Positions 1 to 11,887 of a stretch of DNA of 64,000 nucleotides are shown here, in pieces. This stretch comes from Eledone cirrhosa (Eukaryota). Under the pieces are notes generated by a model. That model was not told the DNA's origin. It did not search any database and worked only from the letters and a program-made list of their open reading frames with translations. The DNA is taken from the NCBI GenBank assembly GCA_964016885.1, contig OZ024740.1, forward strand, positions 397,792,001-397,856,000. Direction: 5' to 3'. The position numbers and the translations under genes were made by a program. How positions within the stretch are numbered: position 1 is the first letter of the stretch; the number at the start of each line of letters is the position of its first letter.

Positions 1-1050
1 GGAGCTGCAGTCCTGGGTCAGAAAAAGACCGAGGGATAGCGCTTGGAAACTGGAATGTCTCCAGGCGCTCACTGCCCTCTCCCAGTTGGGCACCAGTATC
101 GGTGGAACATCCACCTCGGCGTTCTATAGAGGACTAGTGGAGGGGAGGAGCGACGACGTTCTCGGAGAGATCCTGGGCGTCGAAGAAGATCAGCTGCTTG
201 CTCTCTTCCGGAGAACTTTCAACCCGGGGCCTATGGATAACTTCCAAAAATCCCTGGCCTGGCAGTGCTACCGGGGAGCGCTGCCGGTTCGAGATAAGCT
301 CTACAGGCACGGAAGTGCCGTCAGCCGAGCCTGTCCGAGATGCGCGCATAGCGACGAAACCGTTGTGCACGCACTCGTTCAGTGCCCGAGCATTGCTGAC
401 TTGTGGAGCTATGTCGAACAGTTGCTGTCACGTGTGGGACTGATCCGGTTGTCGACTGAGTCCATTGTGCAGATGGTCTCGCCGTCTTCCTTTAAGGAGG
501 AAGGGCAGGCGGTTTTCATCTGCCTGGTGGCCATGGCGAAAGAGATTGTGTGGTGGACAAGGTTAAAAGGATTAAAGACAAACACTTTCCTCTTCGGCGA
601 ATCCCTGATTAACTTTTTCAAGTTTCACTTGAAGAGGAAAATCAGGGTGGAGAGGTAAGTGCTGCTTTCTAGCAAGTTTGTTGAAAGGTGAGTGAATGTA
701 GCGAGAATGTTCCGAGTGAATGGGACCACTCTGAATATACGTCTGTAGTTTGAGAGATGGACAAATTGAGAGAGGGCGCTTGCCCTGGTAGTCAGGGTGG
801 CCGTGGTCTTTTGTGTGGTTTTCGCCATGAGTAACCCTCGGAGGTTTCCCCCCTATTGGGAAATTTTTCATTGTTTCAATTTTCATTTTATTGTTTATAT
901 ATATATATGTTTTATGTCTTTTTTCTTTTCTTATATAAATAATAAAAATATTTACACGCACAAAACCCACATCGTACCGTCCTGTTCGTCTGTGATGTTT
1001 TTCTTGATGTCAGCCCTTGTGTCCAATAAAGAAATTATTATTATTATTAT
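1..1050 (+). mobile_element. Tx1/L1-group LINE 3' end (zf-RVT region, 3' UTR, AATAAA and (ATT)n tail), disrupted
   Basis: ORF 86-658 has RGALPVRDKL and CPRC...ETVVHALVQC and is closely similar to the C-terminus of the element at 26232-27398. Premature stops at 656-658 and near 690. The element ends aataaagaaattattatt. Confidence 0.85.
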
Positions 1051-1104
1051 AATTGTTATTTTTATTTTCTTTCATTATTGTTTCAATCTTTCTAATTTCT
1101 CATT

Positions 1105-1145
1105 CTTTATTCTGATGAAGGACTAGCATCCGAAACGTTGAGACC
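1105..1145 (+). ncRNA. Partial or minimal hammerhead ribozyme-like motif
   Basis: CTGATGA (1112-1118), then A-GGA ctagca TCC, then GAAA CGTT (AACGTT palindrome). Stem I pairing is poor. Confidence 0.4.
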
Positions 1146-1227
1146 CTCTTCCTGCTATTTCAAGTGTTAACCTAATATATTCCTTCCATATACTGTACCG
1201 ACTGTGTTGTTATTTCTGTTTACCTTT

Positions 1228-1243
1228 TACACACACACACACA

Positions 1244-1338
<95 letters not shown>
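1228..1338. repeat. (CA)n microsatellite
   Basis: Direct reading. Confidence 0.95.
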
Positions 1339-1344
1339 CAGAAT

Positions 1345-1525
1345 AGAAGCGGTAAAAACCAGTTAGACCATTACTCACCATACCAGAGTACTCGATAATT
1401 GGGGTAGTAGAGTGAATAATATGAAAAATTCGGGACCCTGACGACTCAGCTCCTGCCGTTTCCAAAGTTTGGATCTAGCTGTTGAAACGGCAGGAGCTCA
1501 AACATCGAGGTCCCGAATTTTCCAT
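1345..1525. mobile_element. Penelope-type terminal fragment with fold-back palindrome (family also at 3390-3590 and 42770-42990)
   Basis: Shares the accagagtactcgata..gggtagtag segment and the inverted GAAACGGC..GAGCT arms with the other copies. Confidence 0.6.
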
Positions 1526-1576
1526 ATATATATATATGTACGTATGTATGTATGGTCCCGTAACTCCCGAGGGAGT

Positions 1577-2270
1577 CTTAGGAGCGCCGTATGCCAATTC
1601 TATTACAGGTCAAAAGTTTTCTGATTTTGGTATCCAATCTCTTAATTTTGTTTAGGTTCCAGGTTATAATATTGAAGCTGCAGGTGACAACTGGGATCGC
1701 AAGCGCATTTAGATAATTATTTCTCGAGTTAGCTCCGTTTTCATGATAGCACGGTAGCATTCCTTCTTAGTTTTCTCATTCATGCTGGCGTGGTGAATAC
1801 CTTGGTCTTCATTGATCCCTAGATATCTGTAGACTTGTTCTTGTTCCCTAATTACTGTATTCACATCTATTTCCATTGAGTTTGTGCTTGTAATTCAGCC
1901 TTTCTTGAATGTTGCTTTGGCGCATTTTTCCAGTCCAAACTCCATATCCACATCATCGCTAAACACCTTGACTGTTTTCAGCAGTCCTTCCAATTCGTTG
2001 TCATTTTTGGCATAGAATTTTAAGTGCCATCCACATAAAACAGATGATTTGTGGTTTTTGCTGTCTATTTTGTAGCCATATTTTGTTTTGTTGAGCGCTA
2101 AAGACAGCGAGAAAACGAATCGCCCTGTAAAAATACCACAATGGGTACTTATGCTACTGGAATTTATAGTTCTATCACTGTGTGACAGTGATAGATTTGT
2201 ATTCCATATAGACATGTTGTATATCAGGAAGTTTGATATTACTGGGGACATTTTCAGAACACCCAAAGTT
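1577..2270 (-). mobile_element. R4/Dong-type (RLE) non-LTR retrotransposon RT fragment, degraded
   Basis: LKFYAKNDNELEGLLKTVKVFSDDVDMEFGLEKCA and a YRYLGI motif, homologous to the RT at 43934-44686. Confidence 0.8.
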
Positions 2271-2277
2271 ATTGTTA

Positions 2278-2490
2278 TTATTGGCAGAATCGATAGGGCG
2301 TCGGACACACTGCTTCGCGGCATAGAGTTACGGCGCTTTACATTCTGAGTTCAAATCCCGCCGAGGTTAGCTTTGCCTTTTATCCTTACGTAGTCGATAA
2401 AATATAAACATCACGCGCTGGGGTCGATTTAATCGACTTTCTCCTCCCCCGAAATTGCTGGTCTTGTGCCTATATCAGAAACTATTATCA
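2278..2490 (+). mobile_element. tRNA-derived SINE family A, diverged copy
   Basis: B-box gagttcaaatcc followed by gccgaggttagctttgccttttatccttacg..gtcgataaaat (resembles the Nin/Deu-type SINE central domain) and an (ATT)n tail. Confidence 0.85.
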
Positions 2491-2781
2491 TTATAGAGAA
2501 CTTTTGTGAGATCAACGAAGAGGACAAGGAGATCCTTGTCATGCTCTCGTGCTTTTTCCTGCGGTTGGCTCACACTGAAAATCGTGTCCACAGTGCCTCT
2601 ACAAGATCGAAAGCCACACTGATTCAGGCAAAACTGAATTGGCTAGAGCATTTCTAAGACTGTTCAAGATGACCCTGTCAAGAAATCTTCCGGCAACACA
2701 GAAAAGGTAAAATACCTTATATATATATATATATATTTGTGAAGGCTGTGTTGTTGCTGGATAAAGTGTATTTATAAATAA

Positions 2782-2860
2782 GAGGAATAATTTCCCTTTC
2801 ATCAGTTGTCTTCTGGGGGTCATATTTATATGTTAAGTATTTCCGTAGAAAAGGCAAGAA
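2782..2860 (-). ncRNA. Degenerate copy of the rearranged hammerhead-like motif
   Basis: Minus strand reads UC UUGCCU uuucuacg GAAA UACUU ... AGACAA CUGAUGA plus a hairpin, the same order as 25553-25622. Confidence 0.35.
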
Positions 2861-2959
2861 TCGTCTAGTTTCTCGAAAGCTTGGGTAATGGAATAATTAT
2901 AGTGCTGTTTATTATGTAAGTAAATAATATATATATATTTATATATAATAATAACAATA

Positions 2960-3150
2960 ATTGTTTCTACTTTTGGCACAAGGCCAGAAATTACCCAGTA
3001 CATTACTGGTACTTTATTTTATCGACCCCGTAAGGATGAAAGGCAAAGTTAACCTCGGCGGGATTTGAATTCAGAATGGCAAGGGCCGTAACTCTATGCG
3101 CCAAAGCATAGCGTCCGACCCTCTACTGACACTGCCAATCCACCGCCATA
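2960..3150 (-). mobile_element. SINE family A
   Basis: ttttggcacaaggccag...atcgaccccgtaaggatgaaaggcaaagttaacctcggcgggatttgaa, flanked by (AAT)n. Confidence 0.9.
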
Positions 3151-3257
3151 ATAATAATAATAATAATAGTAATAATAAATATGAAGATTAAATCCTAAGA
3201 GGGCTCGTTAAGGGTGAAAGCAGCGATTCTTTGCTTAAACTTTAATCTGTTCTTATA

Positions 3258-3319
<62 letters not shown>

Positions 3320-3389
3320 GTGTGTGTGTGTGTGTGTGAATAAGTGTGTTTATATATATATATACACACACGCACATATATATATATAA

Positions 3390-3590
3390 CGAAGGAAGTG
3401 TGGTAAGAAACCAGGTGGACCATAACGCACCAGAGTACTCGATACTTAGGGTAGTAGATTGGATAATAGGAAAAGAGTCAGGAACTCGACCGCTGAAACT
3501 CCGACCGTTTCAACAGCTAGATCGAACAATTTGGATCTAGCTGTTGAAACGGCCGGAGCTCAGCCGTCGGGGTCCTGACTCTTTTCCTAT
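3390..3590. mobile_element. Penelope-type terminal fragment with fold-back palindrome
   Basis: Arms aggaaaagagtcagga...tttcaacagctagatc and gatctagctgttgaaacggccggagctcagccgtcggggtcctgactcttttcct. Confidence 0.65.
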
Positions 3591-4544
3591 ATATATATCA
3601 ACGTGTGTGTGTATGTGTGTTTCAGAATTCTTGACTCCCCCACAACCACACAGCATACGAATTCATGTAATTTGTCAACTTTACTTATGTATACATAAAG
3701 TCGTGTCTTCAAACAAGTTCGATTTATATTTGACCCATTTCACCTTACTTGCTCCACATATCTACAATTTCCAGCTGTGCTGTGTTCAATAACTTTGAGT
3801 GAGCGTGACTGAAAATTACTAAATTTACGTAAATACATGCATACTTGTAACCGTATGTGAATGTATGTGTGAGTGTGAGTTTATGTATGTATGTGTGTGT
3901 GTGTGGATTTGTGAATGGATTGTATTCATATTCTCTCGGTTCAAAACAGTCCTTTTATGTTAAATTTAGAAATATTCACGGCAGCCACCACCATCACCAG
4001 CAGCAATGACAACAACAGCAATGACAACAACATCAACAGCATTCTTTGGCAGAAAATGTAGATCATTGAAAAAAACACCCTACGATAATTTACTTTTTAT
4101 CGCCTTACACTGCAAGTTTAAATTACAACAGGATGAAGAGTGGAAGTATCTACCTCTCATCCATACAGGCTTCATAACAATACATACTCCTCATGCATTT
4201 GGTTTGGTTAAAACCCGACTATACCTCATCTCTACAAATATTTGAAATCGTGGCAAATCTATAATTCATAAGTATCTGGAATATTGTTCTATTTGTCGCG
4301 ATATGCATTTGGCTGATGGGTTTTTAACAAGCTTGACTATAGAATGTAATGAAATACATTATTGAACTTTATAAGATAACGTGTTACGGTTTCAACAACC
4401 TGAACTATGGAACCAAATCGACAACATAATCAAAATCTTTTGAATAATTAAACAAGTTCGGGTGCTACACTTTAAATAACGTTAATTATAAACCTTATAA
4501 ATGACGCTCTACCGATACTGCCAAACCACCGTTGCCATAAATAA

Positions 4545-4730
4545 TTCTTTCTACTTTTGGCACAAGGCCAGCAATTACCCAGTGCATTACTGGTACTTTA
4601 TTTTATCGACCCCGTAAGGATGAAAGGCAACGTTAATCTCGGCGGGATTTGAACACAGACCGTAAAGGGACGTAACTATGCTAGAAAGCATGGCGTTCAA
4701 CCCTCTATCGATACTGCCACTTCACCGCCC
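4545..4730 (-). mobile_element. SINE family A
   Basis: Same consensus as 2960-3150. Confidence 0.9.
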
Positions 4731-4799
4731 TTCACCGTTGAAGGGAATCACTGAGTGGACTTTAATTGATCGATTTCATCAATATACACTCTTGATAGG

Positions 4800-5016
4800 T
4801 GCAATGTGTCCAAACACGGAAGAGCCGAACTCTCGCCGTCATCGCCCCCATCTCTCTCGCCCGCCACATCGCTCTGTATAGTGAGCAAATGGGGTCCCAC
4901 GTGCTGGCCTCCCCATAGCCCCGGCGGTCAGAATGGCAAAGGTGTTTCCCCGGAAGATGGCAAGGGAAATGCGCTGGAAGAGCCATTCCATCTCGCGAGG
5001 CTCACACCTGTGGCTG
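4800..5016 (-). mobile_element. 3' end of a CRE-like RLE retrotransposon (second copy at 19980-20190)
   Basis: Minus frame EWLFQRISLAIFRGNTFAIL resembles the C-terminal QRxSxxxxRGN motif of CRE-clade elements. About 200 nt are shared with 19980-20190. Confidence 0.6.
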
Positions 5017-5268
5017 GTCAAAATTATGAAAGTGTTGGGAGTGTTTGAAAATTGAAACTTGTGAGAGTTCCAAACGCAGAAAATAACTGTAAAATCTGTC
5101 GAACACTATAGATAATAGTTGAGAAAATTGCTAAATTACCCTTAGAGATGGAAAAAGTGGATAGATGGAGCCGCCACGTCTTTAATTTTTCAAACTATTA
5201 TCTATAGATATCGACTGTTATTATAATTATTTTCTACGTTTGGGACTCTCATATTTTCAAATTTTGAC
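5017..5268. repeat. Long imperfect inverted repeat (fold-back)
   Basis: gagagttccaaacgcagaaaataa / ttattttctacgtttgggactctc and ctatagataatagtt / aactattatctatag. Confidence 0.8.
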
Positions 5269-5397
5269 TGTATAGAACGCAATCGAAAACATAATCGAAA
5301 TATTCAATATAACGAAACAAGTTGGAATGTTATGCATTCAAGAACTTTAACTATCGAACGAAATCGAAGATATAATCGAAATTTTTAATATAATTGA

Positions 5398-5552
5398 TTC
5401 TACTTTTGGCACAAGGCCAGCAATTATCCTAGTGTATTACTGGTACTTTATTTTATCGACCCCGTAAGGATGAAAGGAAAAGTTAACCTCAGCGGGATTT
5501 GAACATAGACCACAATAGGCCGTAACTCTATGCTGCAAAGCATGGCGTCCGA
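5398..5552 (-). mobile_element. SINE family A
   Basis: Consensus match. Confidence 0.9.
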
Positions 5553-5679
5553 AATTTTTAATATAATGAAACATTGTTATGAAAATCGATGAATTTATGC
5601 ATCAAAATAGAAAATAAGAACATTAATTAAACACAAGGGCCTCGTTAGTTATGATTAAAAAATTGATTATTATTTTGGA

Positions 5680-5875
5680 TTAGCAGTATCGGTAGTGGAT
5701 CGGACGCCATGCTTCGACGCATAGGGTTACGGCCCTTGCCATTCTGAGTTCAAATCCCGCCGAGGTTCACTTTGCCTTTTATCCTTACGAGGGTCGATAA
5801 AATAAAGTACCAGTAATGCACTGGGATAATTGCTGGCCTTGTGCCAAAAGTAGAAACAATTATTATTATTATTAT
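5680..5875 (+). mobile_element. SINE family A
   Basis: Consensus match with an (ATT)n tail running into the GGT array. Confidence 0.9.
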
Positions 5876-5887
5876 TGGTGTTCTGTT

Positions 5888-8800
5888 TGTGGTGGTGTTG
5901 TTGATGGTGGTTGTGGTGGTGGTGTTGGTGGTGGTTGTGGTGGTGGTGTTGGTGCTGGTTGTGGTGGTGGTGTTGGTGGTAGTTGTGGTGGTAGTGTTGG
6001 TGGTGGTTGTGGTGGTGGTGTTGGTGGTAGTTGTGGTGGTGGTGTTGGTGCTGGTTGTGATAGTGGTGTTGGTGGTAGTTGTGGTGGTAGTGTTGGTGGT
6101 GGTTGTGGTGGTGGTGTTGGTGGTAGTTGTGGTGGTGGTGTTGGTGCTGGTTGTGGTGGTGGTGTTGGTGGTGGTTGTGGTGGTGGTGGTGTTGGTGCTG
6201 GTTGTGGTGGTGGTGTTGGTGGTGGTTGTGGTGGTGGTGGTGGTGGTAGTTGTGGTGGTGGTGTTGGTGGTGGTTGTGGTGGTGGTGTTGGTGGTAGTTG
6301 TGGTGGTAGTGTTGGTGGTGGTTGTGGTGGTGGTGTTGGTGGTGGTTGTGGTGGTGGTGTTGGTGGTGGTTGTTGTGGTGGTGTTGGTGGTAGTTGTGGT
6401 GGTGGTGTTGGTGCTGGTTGTTGTAGTTGTGGTTTTGGTGTTGGTGTTGGCGGTGGTTGTGGTGGTGGTGTTGATGGTGGTTGTGGTGGTGGTGTTGGTG
6501 GTGGTTGTGGTGGTGGTGTTGGTGGTGGTTGTGGTGGTGGTGTTGGTGGTGGTTGTGGTGGTGGTGTTGGTGGTGGTTGTTGTGGTGGTGTTGGTGGTAG
6601 TTGTGGTGGTGGTGTTGGTGCTGGTTGTTGTAGTTGTGGTTTTGGTGTTGGTGTTGGCGGTGGTTGTGGTGGTGGTGTTGATGGTGGTTGTGGTGGTGGT
6701 GTTGGTGGTGGTTGTGGTGGTGGTGTTGGTGGTGGTTGTGGTGGTGGTGTTGGTGGTGGTTGTGGTGGTGGTGTTGGTGGTGGTTGTGGTGTTGGTGTTG
6801 GCGGTGGTTGTGGTGGTGGTGTTGATGGTGGTTGTGGTGGTGGTGTTGGTGGTGGTTGTGGTGGTGGTGTTGGTGGTGGTTGTGGTGTTGGTGGTGGTTG
6901 TTGTAGTTGTGGTTTTGGTGTTGGTGGTAGTTGTCGTGGTGGTGTTGGTGGTAGTTGTGGTGGTGGTGTTGGTGGTGGTTTTAGTGGTGTTGGTGGTGTT
7001 GTTGATGGTAGTTGTGGTGTTGGTGTTGGTTGTGGTGTTGGTGTTGGCGGTGGTTGTGGTGGTGGTGTTGGTGGTGGTTTTGGTGGTGGTGTTGGTGGTG
7101 GTTGTGGTGGTGGTGTTGGTGGTGGTTGTTGTGGTGGTGTTGGTGGTGGTTGTTGTAGTTGTGGTTTTGGTGTTGGTGGTAGTTGTCGTGGTGGTGTTGG
7201 TGGTAGTTGTGGTGGTGGTGTTGGTGGTGGTTTTAGTGGTGTTGGTGGTGTTGTTGATGGTAGTTGTGGTGGTGGTGTTGGTTGTGGTGTTGGTGTTGGC
7301 GGTGGTTGTGGTGGTGGTGTTGGTGGTAGTTGTGGTGGTGGTGTTGGTGGTGGTAGTTGTGGTGTTGGTGATGGTTGTGGTGGTTGTGGTGGTGTTGGTG
7401 GTAGTTGTGGTGGTGGTGTTGGTGGTAGTGGTGGTGTTGGTGGTGGTGTTGATGGTGGTTAGTGTTGGTGGTGGTGTTGGTGTTGGTGGTGGTGGTGGTG
7501 GCTGTGGTAGTTATGGTGTTGGTGGCGGTAGTGGTGGCGTTAGTGGTGGTAGTTGTGGTGGTGTTGGTGGTGGTGGTTGTGGTGTTGGTGGTGGTGGTGG
7601 TTGTGGTGGTGGTGGTAGTTGTAGTGGTGTTGGTGGTGGTGGTTGTGGTGTTGGTGGTGGTGGTGGTGGTAGTTGTGGTGGTGTTGGTGGTGGTAGTTGT
7701 TGTGGTGGTTGTGGTGTTGTGGTGGTTGTGGTGGTGTTGGTGGTGGTGGTTGTGGTGGTGGTGGTAGTTGTGGTGGTGTTGGTGGTGGTGGTTGTGGTGT
7801 TGGTGGTGGTTGTGGTGGTGGTGGTAGTTGTAGTGGTGTTGGTGGTGGTGGTTGTGGTGTTGGTGGTGGTGGTGGTTGTGGTGGTAGTTGTGGTGGTGTT
7901 GGTGGTGGTAGTTGTTGTGGTGGTTGTGGTGGTGTTGGTGGTTGTGGTGGTGTTGGTGGTGGTGGTTGTGGTGGTGGTGGTAGTTGTGGTGGTGTTGGTG
8001 GTGGTAGTTGTTGTGGTGGTGGTGGTGCTGTTGGTGGTGGTGGTTGTGGTGTTGGTGGGGGTAGTGGTGGTGGTGGTAGTTGTGGTGTTGGTGGTGGTGG
8101 TTGTGGTGGTGTTGGTGGTGGTGGTAGTGGTGGTGGTGTTGGTGGTGGTAGTGGTGGTTGTGGTTGTGGTGGTGTTGGTGGTGGTAGTTGTGGTGGTGTT
8201 GGTGGTGGTGGTTGTGGTGGTAGTGGTGGTGGTAGTTGTGGTGGTGTTGGTGGTGGTAGTTGTGGTGGTGTTGGTGGTGGTAGTGGTGGTGGTGTTGGTG
8301 GTGGTGGTTGTGGTGGTGTTGGTGGTGGTGTTGGTGGTGGTGGTTGTGGTGGTGTTGGTGGTGGTGTTGGTGGTGGTAGTTGTGGTGGTGTTGGTGGTGG
8401 TAGTTGTGGTGGTGTTGGTGGTGGTAGTTGGGGTGGTGTTGGTGGTGGTAGTGGTGGTGGTGTTGGTGGTGGTAGTTGTGGTGGTGTTGGTGGTGGTAGT
8501 TGTGGTGGTGTTGGTGGTGGTAGTTGTGGTGGTGTTGGTGGTGGTGGTTGTGGTGTTGGTGGGGGTAGTGGTGGTGGTGGTAGTTGTGGTGGTGTTGGTG
8601 GTGGTGTTGGTGGTGGTGTTGGTGGTGGTGTTGGTGGTGGTGGTTGTGGTGGTGTTGGTGGTGGTGGTTGTGGTGGTGTTGGTGGTGGTGGTTGTGGTGG
8701 TGTTGGTGGTGGTGTTGGTGGTGGTGTTGGTGGTGGTGGTTGTGGTGGTGTTGGTGGTGGTGGTTGTGGTGGTGTTGGTGGTGGTGTTGGTGGTGGTGGT

Positions 8801-10000
8801 TGTGGTGGTGTTGGTGGTGGTGGTTGTGGTGGTGTTGGTGGTGGTGGTTGTGGTGGTGTTGGTGGTGGTGTTGGTGGTGGTGTTGGTGGTGGTGTTGGTG
8901 GTGGTGGTTATGGTGGTGTTGGTGGTGGTGGTTGTGGTGGTGTTGGTGGTGGTGGTTGTGGTGGTGTTGGTGGTGGTGTTGGTGGTGGTGTTGGTGGTGG
9001 TGTTGGTGGTGGTGGTTGTGGTGGTGTTGGTGGTGGTGGTAGTTGTGGTGGTGGTGTTGGTGTTGGTGGTGGTGGTAGTTGTGGTGGTGTTGGTGGTGGT
9101 GGTGGTTGTGGTGGTGTTGGTGGTGGTGTTGGTGGTGGTGGTTGTGGTGGTGTTGGTGGTGGTAGTTGTGGTGGTGTTGGTGGTGGTAGTTGTGGTGGTG
9201 TGGGTGGTGGTGGTTGTGGTGGTAGTTGTGGTGGTGTTGGTGGTGGTGGTTGTGGTGGTAGTTGTGGTGGTGTTGGTGGTGGTGGTTGTGGTGGTGTTGG
9301 TGGTGGTGGTTGTGGTGGTGTTGGTGGTGGTGGTTGTGGTGGTAGTTGTGGTGGTGTTGGTGGTGGTTGTGGTGGTGTTGGTGGTGGTGGTTGTGGTGGT
9401 GGTTGCGGTGGTGTTGGTGGTGGTGGTTGTGGTGGTGTTGGTGGTGGTGGTTGTGGTGGTAGTTGTGGTGGTGTTGGTGGTGGTGGTTGTGGTGGTGTTG
9501 GTGGTGGTGGTTGTGGTGGTGGTTGTGGTGGTGTTGGTGGTGGTGGTTGTGGTGGTGTTGGTGGTGGTGGTTGTGGTGGTAGTTGTGGTGGTGTTGGTGG
9601 TGGTGGTTGTGGTGGTGTTGGTGGTGGTGGTTGTGGTGGTGGTTGTGGTGGTGTTGGTGGTGGTGGTTGTGGTGGTGTTGGTGGTGGTGGTTGTGGTGGT
9701 AGTTGTGGTGGTGTTGGTGGTGGTGGTTGTGATGGTGTTGGTGGTGGTGGTTGTGGTGGTGTTGGTGGTGGTGTTGGTGGTGGTAGTTGTGGTGGTGTTG
9801 GTGGTGGTGGTTGTGGTGGTGTCTGTGGTGGTGTTGGTGGTGGTGGTTGTGGTGGTGTTGGTGGTGGTGTTGGTGGTGGTGTTGGTGGTGGTGGTTGTGG
9901 TGGTGTTGGTGGTGGTAGTTGTGGTGGTGGTTGTGGTGGTAGTTGTGGTGGTGTTGGTGGTGGTAGTTGTGGTGGTGGTTGTGGTGGTAGTTGTGGTGGT
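5888..10000. repeat. 4.1 kb degenerate (GGT/TGT/GTT/AGT)n array with 21-24 nt and larger higher-order units
   Basis: Direct reading. Triplet phase is kept except for a shifted block at about 7460-7715. Confidence 0.95.
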
Positions 10001-10213
10001 GCCACAATTATCAACGCCATCCCAGGACAGTGGGGACGCCGGTGTATACCGCCAAAATCATATATTTGTAATTATACAACAATACAATTTAGTTTTTCTT
10101 TGTTGTTGTTGGTGGCGATGTTATTGTTGTTGTTGTAGGTGGTGGTGGTTGGGGGGGGCGTGTGTCCTGTACTTATTTTCAGCTACTATCGTTATTTTTT
10201 GTTGCTGGTGTTG

Positions 10214-10244
<31 letters not shown>

Positions 10245-10329
10245 CCTTCTTCTCTGGATGATATAGGCGACTGTGATGATGGTAATAGTTGTGATGATGC
10301 TAGAGGTGATGATGGCGGTGGTGGACTAG

Positions 10330-10614
10330 GTTGATGATGATGATGAAGGTGATGGGGGATGATGGTAAGAATGCTTAAGGTGGTGAGGACTGGGATCATA
10401 GTAGTGGTGGCGGTGGTGGTGGTGTTGTTGGTGATGATGATGATAATTATGATGATGGTGCTGATGATGATGAGAATGATGATGATGATGATGATGATGA
10501 TGGGGATGGTAGTAAAGAGGATGACGGCAGTGGTGATGATGATGATTATAGTTGGGGTTCGAAACTGATGGTATTGGTGGTGATGGGGGATGATGGTGAT
10601 GGTGATGATGATGG

Positions 10615-10646
<32 letters not shown>

Positions 10647-10830
10647 GCGGTGGTGATGATGATGATGGCGGTGGTGATGATGATGATGGCGGTGGTGATG
10701 ATGATGGTGATGGTGATGATGATGGTGATGGAAAGGAGGACAATGATGAAATAATGATGGTCATGGTGATTATAATAACTATAAGAAGGGGGTGGTGGTG
10801 TTGGTGTCTGGTGGTGGTGGTAGTGATGGG
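10330..10830. repeat. (GAT/GGT)n low-complexity tract
   Basis: Direct reading. Confidence 0.9.
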
Positions 10831-11426
10831 ATGGAGAAATGTGTAACAGCCTCCCTGCTCTTCATCCCCTCTCATGCATCTCCATCACCTGCTTCTCTAT
10901 TATTCTTTCACCAACAACCGATTTTTGTACACACGCGTGCACACGCACACACGCATACATATTCACACACACACGCGTACGACATTCAAGAAGCCATAGT
11001 CATACACTTATATACACTTCCACAATATTAAAAAAAAAACAGCGCAGAGAAACTTTTATCTACATGTACACACACACACGCAATATTTAAGGATACTTAT
11101 TAATACACCCATCCACACACACACACACACATATATGTATGTGCAAACACATTCACACACACATACACCACACACAACACTCACACTACACACACACACG
11201 CGCACACAGACACGCACGCACACACACACACACACACATATATGCAAACACACTCATTCACACATACACCACACACACACACATATATACATATATGCAA
11301 ACACACGCACTCATACACACACATCTTTCTCCTCCCACTGTCCCTCACCAAAGCTAACAACCTCTGACTCCACTTCGTCTGATTTCAGTGTGGCGTGATT
11401 AGATATTCGTTATTTTATTAGATATA

Positions 11427-11758
11427 CAGTTGTCCCCCGGTATTCGCGGGGTTTACGTTCTTAGAGCATTAGAGCATCCGCGAAAAGTGAAAAATTAGGC
11501 ATATTGGATGTGGTCCATAAAAATGCCTAAAACGTCAAAATATAACGTAAGATATAGGCCGGCTAATGCAGTATATTGTTAATAATTTAGCGTTTAAAAG
11601 CGTGAAAAAAAATGTATTGCTACGTAAAAAGCCATAAAAAAATCGCGGAAGATATATACGATTTCATGAATACGCGGTAGTTTTCACGAACAATTATTAG
11701 TACCATTCTGAAGAAAATTCCGCGAATAACCGGGACCGCGAATGCTGGGGGTAGACTG
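11427..11758. mobile_element. Tc1/mariner-pogo (Tigger-like) MITE
   Basis: Imperfect TIRs cagttgtcccccggtattcgcgg / ccgcgaatgctgggggtagactg, flanked by TA on both sides. Confidence 0.8.
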
Positions 11759-11887
11759 TATTTTGTATGATGTATATACATACCTACTTTTCATCTGTAT
11801 TTCTGAAATGAAGAATTAACATTATTATACACTGATTTATTCAAACTAGATCAGGACACCACCCTGTCTATATCAGTGTAAAAAAAT

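Noticed and set aside
1438-1515. CTGACGA...GAAA as an intact hammerhead
   Set aside because: CTGACGA is a mutated palindrome arm (ccgacgg in the other copies), and stem III does not pair
5816-10334. Very long ORFs (548, 813, 924, 1497 aa) rich in Gly/Cys, Val or His
   Set aside because: They arise from a stop-poor triplet array that is open in several frames on both strands, and the starts lie in a SINE or inside the array
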